A program made the translations under genes and the position numbers. A DNA stretch of 63,148 nt, counting the filler, from Welwitschia mirabilis (lineage: Eukaryota), in the NCBI GenBank assembly GCA_051453625.1. It is 6 parts of one record of this genome, joined end to end, with 100 filler letters (N's around TTAATTAATTAA, not from the genome) between each part and the next. Parts side by side here need not be neighbours in the genome. Positions count along the whole stretch, not along the records: positions 29,092 to 52,103 come from JBOZIK010000001.1; positions 52,204 to 59,306 come from JBOZIK010000001.1; 4 more parts are not named here. One strand, 5' to 3'. Of this stretch, positions 48,621-59,406 are shown in pieces (position 1 is the stretch's first letter; each line of letters starts with the position of its first letter). Below the pieces are notes generated by a model. It was not told the origin of the DNA, made no database searches, and saw only the letters and a program-made list of their open reading frames with translations.

Positions 48621-49342
48621 GTGATGCTACTCATTAATGAAGAAGGGGATAAAATGATTTTTCTCTTATTCTATTATTTTCATTACTGCTTTTTGAAAAA
48701 TTTACTTTTAATTAATAAAAATAAAAAAAGTACTTCAAATCTTGGGAATTACATATCTAGAGCATGCATATCTATATTTTATTTGTAGTGGAGTAAGCCT
48801 TTTTTAATATTTTCTTTGATTAAGCTTTATTCCTTTAAATATTTTAGCTTTTTAATAGATTTTATAACATTCCTACATGCTCATAAATGATGCTTACTTG
48901 TTCATCATATTGATCATGATATCTTGGATGACCAAAAAATAGAAAACAAAAATAGAGAAAACAGATTCACTAAAACAAAATAAAAACACATTGTTAATCA
49001 TCTTTCTATGCCATCTGGATGACCAAGGAGATAATGTCAACTTTATTACATTGTAAAAAATAAAAATAAGACTGCTAAAAAGTAATAAGAAAATGCTAAC
49101 CCTATGTTATCATCTGCATGTATCATCTAGATGACATATAGGATGATATGCACGAAAAACATAAAACAAAAAATTAAAAAACTATGGAAAGAAAAACTAT
49201 AGAATATATAATAAAAATACAATAATACCATAAATAAATAATCTAAATTGCAAGCCAAATGACTTATCTAGATAATGATAATCCTTGAACTCCTTATAAC
49301 CTTCCCCAACAATGGCGCTAAGATTATTATAATGTATATGTA

Positions 49343-49545
49343 TAGGAATGTAGGCGTTTACGACGTTTCTAAAGCGCCTTAAAAGGTCAAGGCGTTTCTT
49401 TAAGGCGTTTCTAAGCTGTTGATTTGTAAACGCCTTAAAAATGCCTTTGCGGCGTCTATGGCAAAAACGCCTCAAAATCTCTTTTAAAAGGTTACAAACG
49501 CCATCATTTTACAGCGTTTATGTGGTAAACGCCTCAAAATATCTG
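49343..49545. mobile_element. Probable DNA-transposon terminus (hAT- or CACTA-like) with subterminal repeats
   Basis: An abrupt switch at TAGGAATG to a cluster of GGCGTTT/AAACGCC motifs in both orientations. It truncates the LTR of element C. Confidence 0.6.
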
Positions 49546-49880
49546 TTGTTGCCTCTGCATTAAAAAAAAAATTCCATTACATTATTATTAGAACTTGAAT
49601 GTTAAGAAGAATCCATTACATTATTATTAGAAAGAACAAGGTGCCTTAACAAGAAAAATACAATGTATTGTCAAATATCCCAGCCAAATCTAACTGGAAA
49701 AAAAGTTGTTTAATGGCTAAAATACTTAATCTACTAGCCTTCTTTTTCTTTATTCTACTTCTCACCTCAAGCTTTACTTGATGTGTGGGAATTTGCATGA
49801 CCTATAACCTACTGCTACTCAGGCCACAATAACAACAATAATAAGGTTTTACAGAAATCTAATTTCAAAGTGATTTGCAA

Positions 49881-49999
49881 ATGCTGATAACAAGGATCGA
49901 TTACACTTGTATTACATTCAACAATGATAATAACATTGCAGATGCTGATAACAAGGATCGATTACATTTGTATTATATTCAACAATGATAATAACATTG
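49881..49999. repeat. Tandem duplication, ~60-bp unit x2
   Basis: ATGCTGATAACAAGGATCGATTACAYTTGTATTAYATTCAACAATGATAATAACATTG occurs twice, head to tail. Confidence 0.9.
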
Positions 50000-52103
50000 A
50001 AAGCATACACAGAATCCAAATAGAAACTTTCTATGATTTGAGGAAGGAAGAAATTTCTACTAAAGATGTAATACATTCAGTTTGGGAGCTTGAAAGTCTG
50101 ATGTTCCATGGAATACCCATTAAGATCACTCCACTGATCTCCTGAGTTACCCCTCATTCTGAAACCTGTTTCTTAATCTTTGATCTTTTCTTGGACTTAT
50201 ACACTATTGCCTATTGCCCTTGATTTTCCTTACCTCTGCATTTCAAAGTTTAAATCACAAATGTCAGTGTAAAAACACCAAAAAAATTTAAACGTGAAAG
50301 GACTTAAACTAATCAAATCAAGAAAGAACAAAAAGATATTGAAACTAATTCCCAGATACCTTACCAAAAGTGCCTTCCAAGAATGAAAACCAGCACACAC
50401 AAGTTTTTTTGCAGTGATATTTTGATGAGCTTCATCTCTCCTTGATAACACAAAAACATTGAAACCCTTGTTAATCAAATGTAGATATNNNNNNNNNNNN
50501 NNNNNNNNNNNNNNNNNNNNNNNNNNNNNNNNNNNNNNNNNNNNNNNNNNNNNNNNNNNNNNNNNNNNNNNNNNNNNNNNNNNNNNNNATAACACAAAAA
50601 CATTGAAACCCTTGTTAATCAAATGTAGATATGCCATCTTGGACGCTACCAACGTCGAGGCCCTGCCTTTGTTTATCCACGCATTAGACGATTTGCTATC
50701 GAACTTCTGCACTTTGCAAATCCATTCAATTAGACTTTTGCAAACCCAAAATCTCAGTTACTCTCATCCAAAAGCTGTACCAAGCAACCAAATTCTAAAC
50801 TCACCAAAGATCTGCTGTAGTTGAATGTTAAAAAGAATTCATTACATTATTATCAGAACTTGAATGTTAAAAAGAATCCATTACATTTCAAATACAACAC
50901 CTTTTGAACTCTTCCATGATCTACACATATGATCTACACGTATTTAGTCAAAATGACCAGACATGAGGATATAGTGCAGATTGTAGCACTTGATTCAGTG
51001 ATACGAAATCTGTTTTCTGAGTGAAGTACATGATCTACACGTATGATCGGTCTACACTCATGTATTTTGAACTCTTCCATGTGCTTCGAACATCTTTTTC
51101 ACTTGNNNNNNNNNNNNNNNNNNNNNNNNNNNNNNNNNNNNNNNNNNNNNNNNNNNNNNNNNNNNNNNNNNNNNNNNNNNNNNNNNNNNNNNNNNNNNNN
51201 NNNNNNNNNNNNNNNNNNNNNNNNNNNNNNNNNNNNNNNNNNNNNNNNNNNNNNNNNNNNNNNNNNNNNNNNNNNNNNNNNNNNNNNNNNNNNNNNNNNN
51301 NNNNNNNNNNNNNNNNNNNNNNNNNNNNNNNNNNNNNNNNNNNNNNNNNNNNNNNNNNNNNNNNNNNNNNNNNNNNNNNNNNNNNNNNNNNNNNNNNNNN
51401 NNNNNNNNNNNNNNNNNNNNNNNNNNNNNNNNNNNNNNNNNNNNNNNNNNNNNNNNNNNNNNNNNNNNNNNNNNNNNNNNNNNNNNNNNNNNNNNNNNNN
51501 NNNNNNNNNNNNNNNNNNNNNNNNNNNNNNNNNNNNNNNNNNNNNNNNNNNNNNNNNNNNNNNNNNNNNNNNNNNNNNNNNNNNNNNNNNNNNNNNNNNN
51601 NNNNNNNNNNNNNNNNNNNNNNNNNNNNNNNNNNNNNNNNNNNNNNNNNNNNNNNNNNNNNNNNNNNNNNNNNNNNNNNNNNNNNNNNNNNNNNNNNNNN
51701 NNNNNNNNNNNNNNNNNNNNNNNNNNNNNNNNNNNNNNNNNNNNNNNNNNNNNNNNNNNNNNNNNNNNNNNNNNNNNNNNNNNNNNNNNNNNNNNNNNNN
51801 NNNNNNNNNNNNNNNNNNNNNNNNNNNNNNNNNNNNNNNAATCACATCCACTTATCCTCTTACAGACGAGATCAGAAAATGGGAATCAAGCAACAAAACT
51901 CAAAACAAGATGACAATATGAGTATTCTGTTATCACCCACTATAGACCCCTCCCCCTCTTTTTTATTTTTAATTTTTACAATTTCAGGCTTGATCTGTAC
52001 ATATCTATATTTCCATTCAGAATTCAGAGGAATCTATCATTCGTGATATTTGCAGAGCATCCTTCAAAGGATGTCTTTATTGATAAAGACTGTGCATATG
52101 ATA

Positions 52104-52203
52104 NNNNNNNNNNNNNNNNNNNNNNNNNNNNNNNNNNNNNNNNNNNNTTAATTAATTAANNNNNNNNNNNNNNNNNNNNNNNNNNNNNNNNNNNNNNNNN
52201 NNN
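52104..52203. other. Artificial scaffold-joining linker
   Basis: TTAATTAATTAA at 52148-52159 within Ns. Confidence 0.97.
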
Positions 52204-53756
52204 AAATAACATGAAAAAATTATGAAAACACCATAAATGTCATGAAGTTAGGAGTAGATGCCTTGAGTGTATGGGCAAATGCTGATTCATTTCCTGTAAC
52301 GGCTCTTTCTCTTATTTTTCCACTTCTTCCATTGCATATAACCTGCAAAAGTAGCACTTCAAAGTCTATTTCTAAATAGCATTAGACTAAAGAAAATGCA
52401 TAAAAAAGACATACTTGTAGACTAAGGAAAATACTAACAGAAAATCAAAATAAAGAAAAAAATTTAGAAAATAAACTTCCTTGTATCCAACAAGAAGTTG
52501 AAGGTTATCTATAGAAGAATAATAGTTGAGAATGGCATTCCTTGTAGGTAAACACAACTATTGAAGCTAAGAGAGAGCAATCAATGGCTAAAAGGAAAAA
52601 AAATAGAAGGGGGGCATTGTTATCAAATAATAGAGCATCCATTAGCTATAACCCTGCAAAAAAAAAAAAAAAAAAATCTTAAGAACAAAAAGTATAGAAA
52701 AGCCTCACCACTNNNNNNNNNNNNNNNNNNNNNNNNNNNNNNNNNNNNNNNNNNNNNNNNNNNNNNNNNNNNNNNNNNNNNNNNNNNNNNNNNNNNNNNN
52801 NNNNNNNNNNNNNNNNNNNNNNNNNNNNNNNNNNNNNNNNNNNNNNNNNNNNNNNNNNNNNNNNNNNNNNNNNNNNNNNNNNNNNNNNNNNNNNNNNNNN
52901 NNNNNNNNNNNNNNNNNNNNNNNNNNNNNNNNNNNNNNNNNNNNNNNNNNNNNNNNNNNNNNNNNNNNNNNNNNNNNNNNNNNNNNNNNNNNNNNNNNNN
53001 NNNNNNNNNNNNNNNNNNNNNNNNNNNNNNNNNNNNNNNNNNNNNNNNNNNNNNNNNNNNNNNNNNNNNNNNNNNNNNNNNNNNNNNNNNNNNNNNNNNN
53101 NNNNNNNNNNNNNNNNNNNNNNNNNNNNNNNNNNNNNNNNNNNNNNNNNNNNNNNNNNNNNNNNNNNNNNNNNNNNNNNNNNNNNNNNNNNNNNNNNNNN
53201 NNNNNNNNTTATCATTTTCTTTTAATACATTATTAAATCATTTTTAGTTTAGGCAATTTGCTGATTTTATTTAACTATAATCCTTCTTGCTTAATGCATT
53301 TTTTACCTCATCATTATACTCCTTTATCTACCTTAAGTTATTCTTGCTTTTTATATTTTATAATGATTCTTAGTTTTTCCCATTTTTTGGACTTCATCAT
53401 GACTTTTTAGGCCTCACTGTTGTTGTCATCTATTAACTTACTTTACTCTAGTTTTAGTTTTTTCAATCTTTTAAAAGTCTTATCATCTACCTCCCCATCT
53501 AGATGACATAGGTGAATGACACTTAAAAATGTGTGTTTCTTATCCTTTCTTCTTATGATTAATGTAATATGGGATGTATTGATTCACATGTGGGGGGAAG
53601 GATACATATACGTGATCTACTAGTCTAGTTATAATTTCATATTATTGGTATGACATGCATTATGAGTATTATTTAGCAGGCCACATACTTAATAATAGAG
53701 TAATTGTAGGATCTTCTTGCAAGTAAGATGCAATTCAAGAGATTGAAATAGATCAT

Positions 53757-54500
53757 TGTATTTATAATCTTCTATGTTCTTTATCAAATCCTATCAATTA
53801 CAAATATATATGTTGCAAAACATAACACACTAATATAGACGAGAGTATATACAAATGTCATAATCTATTAAAGGCATAGATTAAAAGAAAGATAATTGAT
53901 TTCAAATGAAAAATTTTTATATTTTTTTAAGTAGAATAACAATGCAAGAAACAATGCAAATAAACATACTATTCAAATGAAATTTAAGAATTACTCTAAA
54001 TGCAATATTTATTTGATTACCAAATCAACCTATCATAGTTGGCCTTATATAATCTAGATCAACCAAGAAAAATTGTCACTAAATCCTAATTATCCTAAGC
54101 TATCAAGAACATCAAATAAAATATGGAAAACATGCAATATTAAGCTATAAAATGGAAAATTCAATGCAATGCAATTACTTGAATAGTGTCATCCTTAAAA
54201 AATGTTTCCCTCATGATCTATATCAAATATGAAGTTGTCATGGAATCATAATCAACATAAACTATAAGGGAGATGAACATGAGAACATATATAAGGAAAA
54301 TAGAGTTTTGATTAAAAGTGAACCAACATCCATGTTACAAAGGAGTAATACCTCAATGAAGGAAACACAATCCAAAACCAAGGAAGACTTCTCTTAATAA
54401 CAATGGATGGATCTGCTATTCTTTGATTGTTTTTCATAAGAATTTTCAATGCCAAAGAAGATAAAACTAAAGTCAAAGACGAAGAAGGTATTTATTACAA
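53757..54500 (-). repeat. Truncated Athila-family LTR fragment
   Basis: ACACACTAATATAGACGAGAGT...AATGTCATAATCTATTAAAGGC and GTTTCCCTCATGATCTATATCA match the LTRs at 13852 and 31552. Ends are approximate. Confidence 0.72.
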
Positions 54501-55489
54501 TCGAACACTCTTAAAACAACAAATCTAACAAATGCAATAGAAATCCTAATGGCACATAGAAATTCAAAGTTGGAAAACTACTTTCATGAAAACTCGAATG
54601 CAGTTTAACATAGGATTAAATGAAATCAACAATCAAATAATAAAATGACTTTAACTAAGAAACTCTGATAAGAAGTCATTTAGGTAAAGACAAAGGAAAG
54701 ACTTACCTCTCGATCAAGAGGGTCTTACTACTCAATCGCTTCTATCATGCCAAGAGTATTATAATAATTATTAGTGTAATCTTAGATATTATCCATTAAT
54801 ACTAAGTCCTTTCTTAGCATCTAAATTAAGAAATCAATGAAGTTATTTGAAGTGCATTTCTCTATAAAATAAGACTTTAAACACTTAGGAATTAATTTAT
54901 CATAAGAATGTACCCAAACATCATGCAATGAAATAGAATGAATTAATTTAAAAAAAAAAATATTAATGACAAGTTCAGAATGGAAATTGAGAACTACATA
55001 ACTAATTATTAAAGGAGAATGGATAGATGAAATGTTCCATTATTAAGTATAAGGATGGGCGTTTTATATAACAAGGTGGCATAAAAGAATTTGTGCAAAG
55101 GTGTTAGCTATGAAAGAGAGTGAATGGGTTGGATCATAACAAAGATCAGTATGGTATATGTTGTCATCGTCATCATGATCTTCTAAGGGAAGCCTCATGA
55201 AATGGAATGTCAATCAAAGAATCTCAACAAGTAATGAGATAACATCTATTAGGTGGAGGTGGCACAAGATAATTACTTGCATATAATCCTACTAGGATCC
55301 AATGCATATGATTAGCCATGACCTGTAAAACTCAAACAAATAAAGAAAACGTGAAACCTACATAACACATGAAAACATGCTATTCTAAATAACTAGTAAT
55401 TGTACAAATGCATGTCACATTTTATCATGAATGAACTATAACAATAAATGCATAAAATGAGCAATGAAAATGTAGTAAAAAGAGTGTGA

Positions 55490-58400
55490 ATCATTAACTT
55501 TACTAATAGTATGGTCAACGTAACATGAGCTTATTGGTTCTTTATCCTTAATGTCATTTAAATCTTTAATTTTGTATGTTTCTTTATCAAATTTTTGTGA
55601 TACAATAAATGGTCCTAGCCAATTTGGTAAAAATTTTGAGGTTTTTTTAGTTAAGTTTGCTTTAAGACAGGTTCTTCACCTATGCTATAAGACTATGGAT
55701 TAACATGTTTGTTATATAAATCACTCACTCGTTTTTGATAAAGTTGTATATGTTGTAGTGATTTTACCATTTCTTCATCTAGAGTTTCAAATTGAATGAT
55801 TCATATTTCTCTTTTAATTTTAGATAATTCAAGATCTTTAACCAAAGTTCTCAATGTGGACATGGTATAGTATGCCCATAATGCAAGGGGTAGTTTTTTG
55901 TACCATGATTTTAGATTTCCTTATAGTAATTTCTTGAGGTAATTTATGATTACTTTATTTATATCTTTAGCCTAACCATTCCCTTGAGGATAACGTGGAG
56001 TAGAGAAGAAATGTTTTATCCAAATTTACTCAAGAAAATTTTTCAACTCAACAGATTTGAATCATGGACCGTTATCACTAAAAATGAAGGAGTACTAAAT
56101 CTAGCAATGATGTGATCTAAGATGAATTTTTGGATTTGTTTTATGATTATGTGATGTAAAGGTACTTCTTCTACCCATTTTGAAAAGTACTCAGTTGCAA
56201 TGATAATGTAAGAATGTTGTTCAAATGAAGCCAGTGTAATTAGACTAATCAGATCCATACCCCCTTTTCTAAATACCTAGATAGGATCAAATGAAAATAG
56301 TTCAGTAGATGGTTGATGTATCCTAGGTGAAAAGATTTGATAAGTGTGATAGGTTTTTACCATTCTAAAATAATTATGACTCATGATTTTGTAGAAGTAA
56401 GAGATCTTACAAGATGGATTAATAATGATTTTTCCCCCTAGTGAGGATGGCATAAACTAGTATGTATTTCTTTTAAGACATAGGCAGCTTGGCCCGACTT
56501 TAGGCATCTAAGTAAGATACCATCATTTGATTTTTTGTATAGTTAACTTTAGATCATGGTGAAGCATGTAGCTTAATCATGAAAATTTCATCTTTATCTA
56601 AAAGTAAAATCTTCTGATAGCTTTTGATCAGTGAGGTAATTTACTAATGTGTCATACCATTCATCAATCATTTTAGGGTCCTTTTCTAACTAATTTACCT
56701 CAGCCTATGATAGTTCAAAATTAGCTATCATTGACTATTCATCTAGAAAATTTTGGTTTATATCTATATAAGTTACATAGTCCTTAAATGATGGATCTTT
56801 GAAGCAAGTTTGAGTAAAGTTTGCAAGGCAATTAGCAAATTGATTTTTACTTCTTGAAATGGATAGGATCTCATAATGGTTAATTGTGAAAAGAAGCCTT
56901 TTTACTTTTCAAGATAATGGCCTAAAATTCTTGATTTCACTTCATATTTACCAAGAATTTGATTAACCATTAACTATAAATCATTAAATGCATAAGATGT
57001 TGAAACCAACTTGAATGATGAGGGTTATCCCTCTTGATAAGGCTTTATATTTGACGATGTTATTTTTATAAGGGAAATTAAACTTAAAGGAAAATGGTAA
57101 ACTCATTTTATTGTTCAAAAAGAAAACTACTCCTGCAAAACTATCATTCTTATTTGATGTGTTGTCATAAAATATTAATACATCATAGTTCCTTTTAACT
57201 TTAGTGAAGAGTATTTCTTCATCTAAAAATTATTTAGATTTGTCCATGGTTTCATCCTTGGTTTCCACTAGTAGATCTGTTATTTTTTCAACTATATATT
57301 TACCTTTGATGGACTTTTAATATTGAAATTTCAATTTGAAATCAGTGAGAATTAATATCCACTTTATTAGATGAGTACTTTTAGTAGAATATTTAACTCA
57401 ATGTTTAAGTAGATTCTGACTATTGATCGTGATCATTTTATTTATGACCATATAATGGCAAAATTTTTGTGAAGCAAAGACTAAACACAAACATGCTTTT
57501 CCTACTTCAGTGTAATTTTTCTCATGGTGATGAAGTATTCTACTGATGTACTAAATTGAGTGATCTTCATGTAATTCATATTGTTNNNNNNNNNNNNNNN
57601 NNNNNNNNNNNNNNNNNNNNNNNNNNNNNNNNNNNNNNNNNNNNNNNNNNNNNNNNNNNNNNNNNNNNNNNNNNNNNNNNNNNNNCTGATGTACTAAATT
57701 GAGTGATCTTCATGTAATTCATATTGTTAAAAGACCATTGTACTAATTAATTATAATGTATATGCAAGGTAATGGAAAAAGGGTTGATCAAGCTTAGATG
57801 GATTTAAAACAAGAGTAGATGTCAAGTATTCCTTAATATTATCGAAAGCCTTTTGGCAATTTTCATACCATTTGAATTGATTGTTTTTTTTGAGCAAATG
57901 CATAAATGGTTTACATCGATCCATTAAAGTTGAAATGAATCAACGTATGGCTTGTAGTCTATCTTGAAGACTATGTAACTATTTTAAGTTGTGTGATGGC
58001 AACATTTTAGTAATTACTTTGATCTTCTCTGGTTTGATTTCTATTCCTCATNNNNNNNNNNNNNNNNNNNNNNNNNNNNNNNNNNNNNNNNNNNNNNNNN
58101 NNNNNNNNNNNNNNNNNNNNNNNNNNNNNNNNNNNNNNNNNNNNNNNNNNNCTATGTAACTATTTTAAGTTATGTGATGGCAGCATTTTAGTAATTACTT
58201 TGATCTTCTCTGGTTTGATTTCTATTCCTCATTTTGAAACCATAAAACCTAAGAGTTTTCCTGATGGAATACCAAACACACTTCTTTGGATTGAGTTGTA
58301 AATTGTATTGTCTTACTTACTCGAAAATTTATTTCAAATTAGTTAGATGGTTATCTACTATTTTTGATTTCACTATGATGTTGTCAACATAGTTTTCTAC

Positions 58401-59000
58401 ATTGTGATGTATTAAGTTATGAAATATGTATGTCATTGTTTGTTGGTATGTTACACTAGCATTCTTTAGCTCAAAAAGCATCATAACATAATTAAAAAGT
58501 CCCCAGGTTGTTATAAAGATAGTTTTGTATTAATCTTCAGGATTAATAAATATCTGATTATAACCTAAATAACCATCCATAAATGATAAAATTTCATAAG
58601 TAGATGTGTTATTTACTAGAGTGTTAATGTCTGGTAAAGGGTAGTCATCTTTTAAAGTTACCTGATTTAAATCTTAGTGATCGATACAAATTCTAATTTG
58701 ACCATTCTTTTTTAGAATTACTACCATGTTTGATAATTAATCTAAGTAGTCAACTGGTCTAAAGAATTCTATAATTAAAATACATTCTAAGTTTTCTTTT
58801 ACTACTAATGCAAGGTAAGGATCAAGTTTTTTAACCTTCTATTTCACTGGGGTTGAATTTGGTTTTAAGATTATGTTATGCATATAAATTGATTTATTGA
58901 TGCCTGGAATATTCTTGTAAGGCCAAGCAAATGTGTCTTTTTTAGATGATAACATAATTTTGAGCTCTGATTTAACTTCTTATGGTAAATGTTGATTTAT
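55490..59000 (-). pseudogene. pol: Tat (Ogre/Retand-type) pol, order RT-RH-aRH-INT, degenerate
   Basis: RT: KDDYPLPDI, FMDGYLGYNQI, NYVDNIIVKS. RH at ~57330-57800. aRH at ~56810-57190 (FKFNFPYKNNIVKYKAL, ISRSKNQFANALA). INT: IIATEYFSKWVE, YPQGNG, KFLPNWLGPF. Confidence 0.9.
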
Positions 59001-59306
59001 TTTAATTGACTTTTCTTAATAATTAGGATTTACTTGAAAATCATATGTCTCAATGTCTTATTATTTTGATAAGGATGATTTCACATTTTGAGACTTCATT
59101 GTTTCATAAGCTTCAGTGTTCTTGGTCATTTGTTATTCATTTAGATAGAGAGATGGTTTTTCTAGAGATTTACTATAGTTAAAATTAATAAAATTGAATT
59201 TTATGTATCTTTTGATAACTTGACTAGCTAAGGTAATGAAGGATGACTTTAATTAACCTTCCATTTTAGCACCCTATGAGAACAAAGATTGAAATGAGAA
59301 CTAATA

Positions 59307-59406
59307 NNNNNNNNNNNNNNNNNNNNNNNNNNNNNNNNNNNNNNNNNNNNTTAATTAATTAANNNNNNNNNNNNNNNNNNNNNNNNNNNNNNNNNNNNNN
59401 NNNNNN
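59307..59406. other. Artificial scaffold-joining linker
   Basis: TTAATTAATTAA at 59351-59362 within Ns. Confidence 0.97.

Larger units (their letters stand above)
32637..49342 (-). mobile_element. Non-autonomous Athila-related element C (host), split by element D; LTRs disrupted
   Basis: PBS TCCCCAACAATGGCGCTA at 49303-49320 with an ~18-bp LTR stub. Its 3' region (34080-35100) is homologous to that of D (40190-41100). The ORF continues across the D insertion. No RT or INT motifs in the sequenced parts. Confidence 0.75.
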
